Assembly (NCBI GenBank): GCA_009914755.4 | Contig: CP068257.2 | Location: 15,616,001-15,680,000 of the forward strand | Origin: the human T2T-CHM13v2.0 reference genome, Homo sapiens | Length of the DNA: 64,000 nt | Direction: 5' to 3' | Shown here: positions 16,400-29,224 of the stretch, one piece after another | Numbering within the stretch: the stretch's first letter is position 1 | Layout of the letters: each line of letters starts with the position of its first letter | Program-made: the position numbers and the translations under genes | The notes under the pieces: model-generated | Seen by the model: the letters and a program-made list of their open reading frames with translations, nothing else | What the model was told of the DNA's origin: nothing | Databases searched by the model: none

Positions 16400-19300
16400 A
16401 GTCAGGAAGAGAGGCAGAGTAAGATGGCAGAATAGAAAGTTCCACCAACTGTTCCCCCATAAGGACACCAATTTAACTATCGACACAGAAGGAAAAAAAT
16501 ACCTTTATAAGAACCAAAAATCAGGTGAGCCCTCATAGTACTTGGTTTTAACTATGTAATGATGAAAAACACACTGAAGAGACAGAAAAAACAATCTTGA
16601 ATCTCCAATGCCAGCCCCCCACACCACAACCCTGGGAGCAGTGGCATGGTGCAGACAGCATCTCTGGGTGCTGGGGAAGCACAGCAATTGTGAGGCATTG
16701 GCCTCAGTGCTGTCCTGTTAGAGCAGAAAGGGAAACTGGACCAAACTCAGCTGACACTCACCCAGGAAGGGAACATTTAACCAGCACTAGCCAGAGAGGA
16801 ATTGCCAATCCCAGCGGTCCCAATTTGAGTTCCTGCAAACCTTGGCACTTAAGGCCAAAGTGCTCTGTGTCTCCAAATAAACTTGAAAGGTAGCCTAGGC
16901 CATAAGGACTGAAAGTCTTAGGTGAGTTCTAGGGCTTAACTGGGCCCAGAAGACGATGGACTTTGGGGGCACATGACGTACTGAGACATCAGCTGGGACA
17001 GCCAAGAGAGCGTTGACATCACCCCTTCTCTAACCCCAGGATGCACAGCTCACAGCTCGAAAATAGTCCCCATCCTTCCACTTGAAGAGAAGAGAGGAAG
17101 AGTGTGGGTGACTTTGTCTTGCATTTTGGATGCTAGCTCAGCCACAGCAGGATGGGGCACTAGTTAGAGTTGTAAGTCCTTTGATACAGGCCTTAGCTCC
17201 CAGACCACATTTCTAGACACGGCCTGAGCCAGAAAATAAATCCTCTGCCTTGAAGTCAAGAAACAAGTCCTGACAACATTTATCACCTAACTGAAGAACC
17301 GTTGGGCCCTGAACAACCAGATCTACACCCAGATACTGTCAAGGGCCTTGGGTGAGCCTCTGAGGCTTACTGGCTTTAGGTGAGATTCAACATATTACCA
17401 GCAGTGGTGGTGAAGGGATGAAATTCCTTCTACTTGAGAAAAGCAGAGGAAAAAGTAAAGGAGACTTTGTCTTGCACCTCAGGTACTAACTCAACCACGG
17501 CAGGGTAGAGCACCAAGCAGGCTCCTGGGGGTGTGGGGGGGGGGGGTCCCCGATTTCAGCACTGGATTCTCGGACAGCATCTCTGGACCTGCCCTGGGCT
17601 GGAGGGGAGCTTCCTGCCCTAAAGGTTGAGTCCCAGGCCAGGGAAAATTCACAATAAGCTGACTTAACCCTTGAGCTTTAAGGAAATATCAGTGGTGTCT
17701 GGCAGAATGCTTGATGGGACTGTGGTGGGAGAGGCTTCTCTGCCTTTGGGAAAAAAAGGGAAGAGTGGGAAGCACTGTGTCTTGTGGTTTGAGTGCCACC
17801 TTAGGTGCAGTACAATAGAACACCAGGTAGACTTCTAAGCTTTTTGCCTCTAGACCCCAACTCCAAGGTGGCATCTCTGGACCCACCTTAGGCCTGGGGA
17901 AAGTCACCACCTTTAATGGAAGAACAGATGCCTGGCTGACTCTGCCACCTGCTGATTGTATAACCCCAGAACCTTGAGCAAACAAAGGCAGTACACAGGA
18001 AATGGATACAGGTGGCCTTGGGGGAGAACCAGTGTTGTGCTGGCTTCAGGTCTGACTCAGTGCAGTCATAGTGATGGTGGCTTGTGTCATTCCATCTCCA
18101 GCTTTAGACGGCTCAGAACAGGGAGACATACTCTGTTAGGAAGAAAGGGAAGAGAATAGGAGTCTCTGCCTGGTAATCCAGAGAATCCTGCTGAATCTTG
18201 TATAAGACCATTAAAGCAATATCTCTATGAGTCTGCAAGAACTACAGCATTACTGGCTTGGAATGCCCCCATAAAACAGATAAAGTTTAGATCATAACAC
18301 CCAAGTCCTTTCAAATATTTTGAAAACCTGCCCAATAAGGAAGGGTACAAACAATTCCAGACTGAGAAGACTACAATGAATACATAACTCTTCAATACTC
18401 AGACACAGAGAAACCTCTGCAGGTATCAAGGCATTCCAGGAAAGCATGACATCACCAAATGAACTAAATAAGTCACCAGGAATGAATACTGGAGAAACAG
18501 AGATATGTGACCTTTTAGACACAGGATTCATAATGGCCTTTTTAAGGACACTCAAATAAATTCAAGATAACACAAAGAAGGAATTAAGAATTCTATCAGA
18601 AAAATTTAACAGAGATTAAAATAATTTGAAAGAATCAAGCAGAAGTTCTGGAGCTGAAAAATGCAATTGGCACACTGAAGAATGTACTAGAGTCCTTTAG
18701 TAGCAGAATTGATCAAGCAGAAAGAAGAATTAGTGAGCCTGAAGACAATTTATTTGAAAACACACAGGGGAGAAAAAAGGAAAAAAGAATGAACAATAAA
18801 GCACACCTACAGGAAGGAAAGAAAGAAGAATACACCACAAAAAAACCAGAAAACACATTTAAAAAATGGCAGAAGTAAGTCCTTACTTATCAATAATAAC
18901 ATTGAATGTAAGTGGATTAAATCCTTTAATCAAAAGACATAGACTGAATGAAAAAAAAGACTGAATGAATGAAAAAACAAGACCCATTGATCTGTTGCCA
19001 TCAAGAAATACATTTCACCCATCAAGACACACATAGACTAAAAATAAAGGGATGGAAAAAGATATTTCATAGCTAAAAAAAAGAACATGAGTAGCTATAA
19101 TTATCTTAGATAAAATAGATTTTGAGACAAAACTATAAGAGAAAAATGTCACTATACAATAATAAAGTGGCAAATTCAACAAGAGAATATAACAACTTTA
19201 AATATATATGTACCCAACATTAGAGAACCTATATGTATAAAGAAAATATTATTAGAGCTAAAGAGAGATGGGCCCCAATACAATAATAGCTGGAGATTTC

Positions 19301-19714
19301 AACACTCCACTTTCAGCATTGAACAGATCTTCCAGATACAAAATCAACAAAGAAACGTCATACTCAGTCTTCACTAAAGACCAAATGGGTCTAATAGATA
19401 TTTACAGAACATTTCATTCAGTGGCTGCAGAATACACATTTTTTCTCAGCACATGAATTATTCTCAAAAAACAGGCCATATGTTAGGTCACAAAACAAGG
19501 TTTAAAACTCACAATGAAATAAAATTAGAAATTGATAACAAGAGGAATTTTGGAAACTGTACAAATACATGGATATAAACCAATGCATTCCTGAATGTCC
19601 AGTGAATCAATAAAGAAATCAAGAAAGAAACTAAAAAATGTCTTGAAACAGATGATAATGGAAACACAACATCCTAAACCTATGATCAGGGATACAGCAA
19701 AAGCAATATTAAGA
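16400..19714 (+). mobile_element. Older L1 (L1PB/L1MA-like): long 5'UTR, ORF1 and ORF2 N-terminal (endonuclease) part
   Basis: The 5' end ('gtaagatggcagaatagaaag...cctttataagaaccaaaaatcaggtgag') resembles the old-L1 5'UTR seen again at 56915. There is ORF1-like coiled-coil sequence at about 18500-18850. ORF2 starts 'atggcagaagtaagtccttacttatcaataataacattgaatgtaagtggattaaatcc' at 18866. The EN-domain peptide is MGPNTIIAGDFNTPLSALNRSS... (19268-19456). It is cut at 19714. Confidence 0.8.
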
Positions 19715-20848
19715 CTCTGTCTTTTGTAAATAGCCCAGTCTTGAGTATGTTTTTATTAGCAGAATGAAAATGGACTAATACAGTGAATTGCTGCTGGTAG
19801 AGTGGGGCATTGCTAAAAAGGTACCCAAAAATGTAGAAGCAAATTTGGAACTTGGTAACAGGAAGAGGTTGGAACAGTTTGGATGGCTCAGAAGAAGACT
19901 GGAAAATGTGGGAAAGTTTGGAACTTCCTACAGACTTGTTGAATGGCTTTGCCCAAAATGCTGATAGTGATATGGACAATAAAATCCAGGCTGAGGTGGT
20001 CCCAGATGAACAAGAGGAATTTGTTGGAAACTGGAGCAAAAGTGACTCATGTTACAGCAAAGAGACTGGTGGCATTTTGCTCCTACCCTAGAGATTTGAG
20101 AAACTTTGAACTTGAGAGAAATGATTTTGGGTATCTGGTAGAAGAAATGTCTAAGCAGAAAAGCATTTAAGAGGTGACTTGGGTGCTGTTAAAGGCATTC
20201 AGCTTTGTAAGGGAAGCAGAGCATATAAGTTCAGAAAATTTACAGCCTGACAATGTGATAGAAAAAAAAAGTCCTATTTTCTGAGGCGAAATTCAAGCCA
20301 GCTGCAGATATTTGCATAAGTAATGAGAATCTGAACGTTAATTCCCAAGACAATGGGGAAAATGTCTCCAGGGCATATCAGAGGTCTTCACAGCAGCCCT
20401 GGAAGCCAAGGAAGAAAAGATGACTTCATGGACCAGGCTAAGAGTCCCAGTGCTGGGTGCAGTCTAGGGACTTGGTGCCCTGCATCCCAGCTGCTCCAGC
20501 TGTGACTAAAAGGGGCCAAGCTACAGTTCAGGCCATGGCTTTAGAGGGTTGAAGCCCCATCTATTGGCAGCTTGCACATGGTGTTGAGTCTGTGGGTGCA
20601 CAGGAGTCGAGAATTAAGGTTTGGAAACCTCCACCTATATTTCAGGAGATGTATGGAAATGCCTGGATGCCCAGGCAAAAGTTTGCTGCAGGGATGGGGT
20701 GCTCATGGGGGACCTCTGCTAGGGCAGAGCAGAAGGGAAATGTGGGGATGAAGCCCCCCACACAGAGTCCCCATTGGGGCACTGCCTAGTGGAGCTGTGA
20801 GAAGAGGTCCAACATCCTTCAGACCCCAGAATGGTAGATCCACCTACA
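19715..20848 (+). mobile_element. THE1/MST (MaLR) fragment: LTR 3' end plus internal region
   Basis: 19715-19782 reads '...cccagtcttgagtatgtttttattagcagaatgaaaatggactaataca', a MaLR LTR terminus. It is followed by 'gtgaattgctgctggtagagtggggcattgctaaaaaggtacc...gaatggtagatccacc', which matches THE1-internal sequence as I recall it. Confidence 0.65.
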
Positions 20849-23800
20849 GTTTGGTAGACCAAGCAGAAGAAAAGATATCAGAGCTTGAATACTACCTTGA
20901 TGAGATAAGGCAGGCAGAGAAGATTAGAGGAAAAAGAAAGAAAAGGAGCAAACAAAACTGCTGAGAACTATCAGATTATGTTACAGGATGGAACCTACAA
21001 CTAATAGGGGTACCTAAAAGAGATGGAGAAAACAGAACCAAGTTGGAAACACACTTTAGAGTCATCCAGGAGAACTTCCCCAACCTAGCAAGACAGGCCA
21101 ACATTCAAATTCAGGAAATCCAGAGAACCTCAGTAAGATACACCATGAGAAAATCAATCTCAAGACACACAATCATCAGATTCTCTAAGGTCAAAATGGG
21201 AAAAAAAAAAAAAAAAAAAGCAGTTACGTGCAGCCAGAGAGAAAGGCCAGGTCACTTATAAATGGAACCCCATCAGACTAACAGCAAAATTCCCACAAGC
21301 CAAAAGGGATTGGAGGCCAATATTCAACATTCTTAAAGAAAAGAATTTCCAGCCTAGAATTTCATGTCTGGTCTAAGTTTCATAAGCAAAGGAGAAATAA
21401 AATCTTTTTTAGACAAGCAAATGCTGAGGAAATTTATTAACACCAGGACTGCCTGGCTCCTGAAGGAAGCATTAAATATGGAAAAGAAAAATCTTTACCA
21501 GCCACTACAACAACACACTGAGGTACACAAACTAATGATACTATGAAGCAACTACAGAAACAAGTCTGCAAAATAACCAGCTAGCATCATGACGACAGGT
21601 TCCAACTCACACATAACAATATTTACCTTAAATGTAAATCGGCAAAATGCCCCAATTAAAAGACACAGAATGACAAGCTGGATAAAGAGTTAAGATCCAT
21701 TGGTGTGCTGTATTCAAGAGACCCATCTCAAATGCAAACACACACATAGACTCAAAATAAAAGAATGGAGGAAAATTTACCAAGCAAATGGAAAACAGAA
21801 AAAAGCAGGGGTTGATATCCTAGTTTATGACAAAATAGACATTAAACCAACAAAGATCAAAAAAGACAAAGAAAAGAATTATATAATAAAACAGGTGTCA
21901 ATTTAACAAGAAAAGCTAACTATCATAAATATATATGCCTCCAATACAGGAGCACCCAGATTCACAAAACAAGTTCTTAGAGACCTACAAAGAGATTTAG
22001 ACTCCCACACAATAATAGTGGGTGACTTTAACACCCCACTGACAATATTATACAGAAAATTAACAATGATATTCAGGACTTGAACTCAGCTCTGGAACCA
22101 GTGGACCTGATAGATATCTACAGAACTCTCCACCCCAAAACAACAGAATATACATTATTTTTGGTGCCACATGGCACTTATTCTAAAATTGGTTACATAA
22201 TTAACAGTAAATCATTCCTCAGCCAATGAAAAAGAACTAAAATCATAACAGTCTCTCAGACCACAGTGCAATCAAATTAGAACTCAAGATTAAGAAACTC
22301 ACTCAAAACCACACAACTACATGGAAATTGAACAAACTGCTTTTGAATGACTTCTGGGTAAATAATGAAATTAAGGCAGAAATCAAGAAGTTCTTTGAAA
22401 CCAATGAGAACAAAGAGACAATGTACCAGAATCTCTGGGATGCAACTAAGGCAGTGTTAAGAGGAAATATTATAGTACTAAATGCCTATATCAAAAAGCT
22501 AGAAAGATCTCAAATCAAAACTCTAACATAACAACTAAAACCAAGAGCAAAAAAAAACACCTCAAAGCTAGCAGAAGACAAGAAATAACCAAGCTCAGAG
22601 CATAACTGAATCAGATAGAGACATGAAAAACCCTTCAAAAGAAATCAATGAATACAGAAGCTGTTTTTTTGAAAAAAAAAAAAAGACATAGACTGCTAGC
22701 TAGACTAATAAAGAAGAAAAGAGAAGAATCAAATAAACACAATAAAAACTGATAAAGGGAACATTGCCACTGATCCACAGAAATACAAACAATCCTCACA
22801 GAATACTATAAACACCTCTATGCAAATAAGCTAGAAAATCTAGAAGAAATTTATAAATTCCTGGACATATACAACCTCCCAAGACTGAACCAGGAAGAAG
22901 TCGAATCCCTGAATAGACCAATAACATGTTCTGAAATTGAGGCAGTAATAAATAACCTATGAACCAAAAAAAGCCCAGGATCAGATGGATTTACAGCCGA
23001 ATTTTACCAGAAGTACAAAGAGGACCTGACACCCTTTCTTCTGAAACTATTCCAAATAATTGAAAAGGAGAGACTCCTCCCTAACTGTTCTATGAGGCCA
23101 GAATCATCCTGATACCAAAACCTGGCAGAGACAAAACAAAAATAGAAAACTTCAGGCCAGTATCCCTAATGAACACTGATGCAAAAATTCTCAATAAAAC
23201 ACTGGTAAAGCAAATAAAGCAGTACATCAAAAAGCTTATCCAACATCATCAAGTTGGCTTCATCATTGGGATGCAAGACTGGTTCAGCATATGCAAATCA
23301 ATAAAAAAAATTCATCACATAAACAGATCTAAAGACAAAAACCACATGATTATCTCAATAGATGCACAAAAAGCCTTTGGTAAAATTCAACATCCCTTCA
23401 TGTTAAAAACTCTCAATAAACTAGGTATTAAAGGAACATACCTCAAAATAATGAGTCATTTATTACAAACCCACAGCCAATATCATACTGAATGGGCAAA
23501 ACCTGGAAGCATTCCCCTTGGAAATCAGCACAAGACAAGTATGCCCTCTCTCACTACTCCTTTTCAACACAATATTGGAAGTTCTCACCAGGGCAATCGG
23601 GCAACAGAAAGAAATAAAAGTATTCAAATAGGAAGAGAGGAAGTCAAACTGTCTCTGTTTGCAGATGACATAATCCTATATCTAGAAAACCCCATCATCT
23701 CAGGCCAAAAGCTTCTTAAGCTGATAAGCAATGCCAGCAAAGTCTCAGGATACAAAATCAATGTGCAAAAGCACAAGCATTTCTATACACCAACAACAGG

Positions 23801-25848
23801 CAAGCAGAGAGCCAAATCATGAATGAACTTCCATTCACAATTGCTACAAAGAGAATAAAATACCTAGGAATAAAGCTAACAAGGGAATTGAAGGCCCTCC
23901 TCAAGAAGAACTACAAATGACTGCTCAAGGAAATCAGAAAGGACACAAGCAGATGGAAAAGCATTCCATGCTCATGGATAGAAGAATCAATATCATGGAA
24001 ATGGCCATAGTACCCAAAATAATTTATAGATTCAATGCTATTCCCATTAAACTACCATTGATATTCTTCAGAGAATTCTTAGAAATTCTTAGAAAAAGCT
24101 ATTTTAAAATTCATATGGAACCAGAAAAGAGTTCATATAGCCAAGAAAATCCTAAGCAAAAGGAACAAAGCTGGAGGCATCATGCTACCAGACTTCAAAC
24201 TATACTACAAGGCTACAGTAACCAAAACGGCATGATATTGGTACAAAAACAGATATATAAACCAATGTGAAATAATAGAGAACTCAGAAGTAAGACCACA
24301 CATATACAACCACCTGATCTTCAACAACCCCAACAAAAACAAGCAATGGGGAAAGGATTCCCTATTTAATAAATGGTGCTGGGAGAACTGGCTAGCCGTA
24401 TGAATAAAATTGAAACTGTACCCCTTCCTTACACCTTATACAAAAATTAACTTAAGATGGGTTAAATATTTAAATATAAAACCCAAAGCTATAAAAGCAC
24501 TACAAGAAAATCTAGGCAATACCATTCAGGACATAGGCACAGGCAAAGATTTCATGACAAAATCGCCAAAAGCAATTGTGACAAAAGCAAAAGTTGACAA
24601 ATGGGATCTAATTAAACTAAAAGAGCTTCTGCACAGCAAATGAAACTATCATCTGAGTGAACAAGCAACCTAAAAAATGAGAGAAAATTTTTGAAATCTA
24701 TCAATCTGGCAAAGGTCTAATTCCAGAATCTACAAGGAACTTAAACAAATTTACAAAAAACAAAAAAAACAACCCCATCAAAAAGTGGGCAAAGGACATG
24801 AACAGAAGCTTCTCAAAATAAGACATTCCTGCAGCCAACAAACATATGAAAAAAGGCTCAACATCACTGATCATTAGAGAAGTGCAAGTCAAAATACAAT
24901 AATATACCATCTCACACCAAATAGATTGGCAATTATTAAAAAGTCAAGAAACCACAGATACTGGCAAGGTTGTAGAGAAATAGTGCAGACATAATCTGCA
25001 CTGTAGACCAAATGCATCCAATAGATATTTACAAAACATTTTATCTAAGAGCTACAGAATACATAATTTTTTCCTCAGCATATAAATCAATCTCCAGAAT
25101 AGACCATAGGTTAAGTCACAAAACAAATCTTAAAACATTTGAAATAATATCAAACATCTTCTCTAACCACAATGAAATAAAATTAGAAAATAATAGGAAT
25201 GCTTTTACACTGTTGGTGGAAATGTAAGTTAGTTCAACCATTATGAAAGACTGTGCAGGGATTCCTCAAAGATCTAGAACCAGAAATACCATTTGACCCA
25301 CCAATCCCATTACTGGGTATGTAACCCCAAATTATAAATCATTCTATTACAAAGATACATGCACACGTATATTGATTGCAGCACTATTCACAATAGCAGG
25401 GACATGGAATAACCCAAATGCCCAACAATGCTAGACTGGATTTAAAAAATATGGTACATATACACCATGGAGTATTATGCAGCCATAAAAGGAATGAGAT
25501 CATGTTCTCTGCAAGGGCATGGATGAAGCTGGAAGCCATTATCCTCAGCAAAGTAACACAGGAAAAGAAAATCAAATGCCACATATTCCCACTCATAAGT
25601 GGGAGCTGAAAGATGAGAACACATGGACACAGGGAGGGGAATAACACACACTTGGGGGGCCTGTCATGTGGTGGGGTGGGGGGAAGGAGAGCATTAGAAA
25701 AAATTGTTAATGCATGCTGGGCTTAATACCTAGGTGATGGGTTGACAGATGCAGCAAGCCACCATGGCACACATTTACCTATGTAACAAACCTGCATATT
25801 CTGCACATGTACCCCCAGAACTTAAAATAAAAATAAAATTTGTTTAAA
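20849..25848 (+). mobile_element. L1 (older L1PA/L1PB-like), ORF1 C-terminus through ORF2 to the 3'UTR, internally rearranged
   Basis: ORF1 peptides (METHFRVIQENFPNLARQANIQIQEIQRT...). ORF2 runs 21580-24983 (…VCCIQETHLKCKHTHRLKIKEWRKIYQANGKQKKAGV…, …[25 protein letters not shown]…). A 206-bp EN-region piece sits at 24984-25192. ORF2 C-terminus and 3'UTR follow at 25193-25848 ('...acaaacctgcatattctgcacatgtacccccagaacttaaaataaaaat'). Confidence 0.85.
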
Positions 25849-26429
25849 AAAAGATCATTACAGTCACATCTGGGGTATCTTTTCTGGAGAACAAAGAATA
25901 AAATTGTGATAACAATAAATTATCAAATAGCATCTGAGGTTGAAAACTGAAAATATAAAAAAGAAACAAATGCAAATTATGAAGTTGAAAAGTACAATAA
26001 CTGAAATGAAAAACTGACTAGCATGAATCAAGAGTACATTTGAGATGATAGCAAAAGGAATAAGTAAAATTAAAAGTAGATCAATATAAATCATTTAATC
26101 TGAGTTTAAAGAGTTTGGGAGGAGAACTAAAAGAAGAAACAGATCTTCAGCCACACGGTACTTACGGGTATCAATTTCAAGATCCCCCATAGATACAAAA
26201 ATCCATGGATGCCTAATACAATCTAAATGCTATGTAAATAGTTGTTAAACTCTATTGTTTAGGGAATGGTGACCAAAAAATGTCTGTATATGTTCAATAC
26301 AGACACAAACGTCCTTTTTTCCCAAAAATTCTTGATCCAGTTAATTGATTCGTGGATGTGGAACTCACAGATTCAGTGGGCCAACTATATGTACAATAGA
26401 ATATTATTCAGCACCCCCCAAAAAAAATT

Positions 26430-26880
26430 TTGCCATTTGCAACAACATGGATGAGCCTACAGGACATTATGCGAAGTGAAATAAGCCAGACACAAAAAGA
26501 AAAATACTGCATAATCTCATTTACATTTGAAATCCAAAGCTGAACTCATAGAAACATAGAGTAAAAAACTGATTGCAAGGAGCTGGTCAATGGCAGAAAT
26601 AAAGATATTTTGGACAGAGGTTACAAAATTTGGTTATAAGATGAATAAGTTCTGGAGATCTAAAGTAAATCATTGTAACTATAGTTAATATTAATGTATT
26701 GTATACTTGAAATTGCTTAAAAAATAGATCTTACATGTTCTCACAATGAAAAACAATATTTATATAAGGTGATGAATATGTTAATTGTGGTAATCACATT
26801 ACAATGTATACATATATCAAAATGTCACATTATTATACAAGGCTAAATATACACAATCTTTATTTGTCAATAATGACTAT
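26430..26880 (+). mobile_element. L1M/L1PB-type 3'-end fragment
   Basis: 'caacaacatggatgagcctacaggacattatgcgaagtgaaataagccagacacaaaaagaaaaatactgcat...gatctaaagtaaatcattgtaactatagttaatattaatgtattgtatacttgaaattgcttaaa...' matches old-L1 3'UTR consensus sequence. Confidence 0.7.
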
Positions 26881-27059
26881 ATTATATATATTAAAGTAAC
26901 TAGGAATATAAAGACTCATTATGATAAATGGTATATACAAAAGCCCTTCAGCTAATATTATACTTAATAGTAAAACATTGAATGCTTTCTTCTTAATGGC
27001 GGGAACAAACAAATGATTTCCACTACTACTTCCTCTATTCAATAATATACTGGCAGTTA

Positions 27060-27298
27060 CAGCCGATTCAATAAGGCAAAATAAGAAAAAAAGAAAAAGA
27101 AAAAAATTAAACCTTCTATAATGAAAATAAAGAAGTAAACCTGTCTTTATTTGCTGATGACATAATCCTGTTTGTGAAAATTCCTGAGGAATACACAAAA
27201 ACTGCCAGAACTAATAAGTTCAGAAGGTGGCAGAATACACACAATATACAAAACTTTACTCTATTTTCTATACTAGTAAAAAAAAAAAAAAAAAAAAT
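27060..27298 (+). mobile_element. L1M ORF2 internal fragment ending in poly(A)
   Basis: '...cctgtctttatttgctgatgacataatcctgtttgtgaaaattcctgaggaatacacaaaaactgccagaactaataagttcag...atacacacaatatacaaaac' aligns to the L1 ORF2 'FADDMILY…' region. A 23-nt poly(A) follows at 27276-27298. Confidence 0.6.
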
Positions 27299-27302
27299 CT
27301 GG

Positions 27303-27556
27303 GCCAGGCATTGTGGCTCACACCTGTAATCTCAGCACTTTAGCAGGAGGCTGAGGGAGGAGGATCATTTGATGTCAGAAGTCTGAGATCTGCTGGAGCA
27401 ACAAAGTGACACCCCATCTCTACAAAAAAATTTTAAAAGTTAGCCAGGCATAGTGGAATGTACCTGTAGCCCCAGCTACTCAGGAAGCTGAGTTTAGAAA
27501 AATGCTTGCACTCAGGAGTTGGAGGCTGCAGTGAGCCATAATTGTGCCACTGCACT
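27303..27556 (+). mobile_element. Alu, 3'-truncated with no poly(A)
   Basis: 'ggccaggcattgtggctcacacctgtaatctcagcactttagcaggaggctgag...gccactgcactt'. It directly abuts the L1 5'UTR that follows. Confidence 0.85.
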
Positions 27557-28774
27557 TTTGTGCACTGCCTGCATCCTAACACCCCCTTACTGCAAATGCT
27601 AGCAAAGAGGCCAGCACCCTTGCAATTGCCAACACCCCACCACAGCCAGTGAGCGCATGCTTTGCTGTACTGCCATTGATGCTGGTATGTGTGAATGAGG
27701 ATGGATTTTGCTGTCACCACTCTACAAACTGTTCTTTGTCTGGCAACACCCACCAGAGTGTTGTGACCAGCAGTCCAGGAATACCTTGCCCCTCCAGTGC
27801 AGCAGGTTCCTAACCCTGAGGGGCCAGAGGACAAAGCCAGGGACCCAATACCAGTCCTCCAGAGTTAGAGGACATGGTCCAGAAGTCTTGAGCAGAGTCT
27901 TGGCCCCCAAAAATCTTCCAGAAATGAAGCCAGTTTACTGAATCCACCTCACACTACAATCAAACCCCCAAGGACATCTAATAAAATAAAATGAGAAGAA
28001 AACCATCCAAAGGATAGCTACATCAAAGCTTCAAAGAACATCAGCCCACAAAGATGAGGAAGAACCAGCACAAGAACTCTGGCAACTCAAAAATCCAGAG
28101 TGTCTTCTTACCTCCAAATGATAACACTAGTTTCCTAACAATGGTTCTTAATCAGGCTGAGATGGCTGAAATGATAGAAATAGAATTCAGAATATGGACA
28201 GAAACAAAGATCATTGACATACAGGAGAAAGTGAAAACCCAATCCAAGGAATCTAAGGATTACAATAAAACAATATAGGAGGTGATAGATAAAATGGTCA
28301 TTAAAAGAGAGAACCACACTGATCTGACAGAGCTGAAAAACACACTACAAGAATTTCATAATGCAATCACAAGTATTAACAGCAGAATTGACCAAACTGA
28401 GGAAAGAATATCAGGGCTTGAAGACTCTCTCTAAAACAACTCAGTCAGAGAAAAATTTTAAAAAAAATAAAGAATGAACAAAAGCTCTGAGAAATATGCC
28501 ATTATGAAAAGAAACACATTCTACGATTCACTGGCGTTTGTGAAAGAAAGGAAGAGAAATTAACCAGCTTGGAAAACATTTTTCAGGATATTGTCCATAA
28601 AAATTTCCCCAACCACACTAGAGAAGCCAATATTCAAATTCAGAAAATTTAGAGAATCCCTGTGAAATACTAAACAAGAAGACCATCCCCAAGACATATA
28701 GTCATCAGATTCTCCAAGGTCAAAATGAAAGAAAACCTGACAAGAAAGCTAGAGAGAAAGTGCAGGCTGCCTAC

Positions 28775-29134
28775 TGATATGGTTTGGCTGTGTTCCCACC
28801 CAAATCTCATCTTGAATTGTACTCCTATAATCCCTATATGTTGTGGGAGGGACCTGGTGGGAGATAATTGAATCACGAAGGCAGGTTTTCCCATGCTGTC
28901 CTCAAGACAGTGAATAAGTCTCACGAGATCTGATGGTTTTATAAATGGCAGTTCCCTGGCACATGCTGTCTTGCCTGCTGCCATGTAAGATGTGTCTTTT
29001 CTCCTCCTTCACCTTCTGCCATAATTGTGAGGTCTCCCCAGCCATGTGGAACTGTGAGTCCATTAAACCATTTTTTTAATAAATTATCCAGTCTTGGGCA
29101 TTTCTTCATAACAGTATGAAAATGGACTAATACA
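28775..29134 (+). mobile_element. THE1-type MaLR solo LTR inserted into L1 ORF1
   Basis: Begins 'tgatatggtttggctgtgttcccacccaaatctcatcttgaattgtactcctataatccctatatgttgtgggagggacctggtgggag'. Ends '...tcttgggcatttcttcataacagtatgaaaatggactaataca'. Flanks are '(c)ctac' and 'tctac', a roughly 5-bp TSD. L1 ORF1 resumes immediately after. Confidence 0.8.
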
Positions 29135-29224
29135 TCTACAAATAGAACCCTACCAGGCTAACAGCAGACCCGTTAGCAGAAACCCTACAAGCCAGAAGAG
29201 ATGGGGGTTCTATATTCAGTATTC

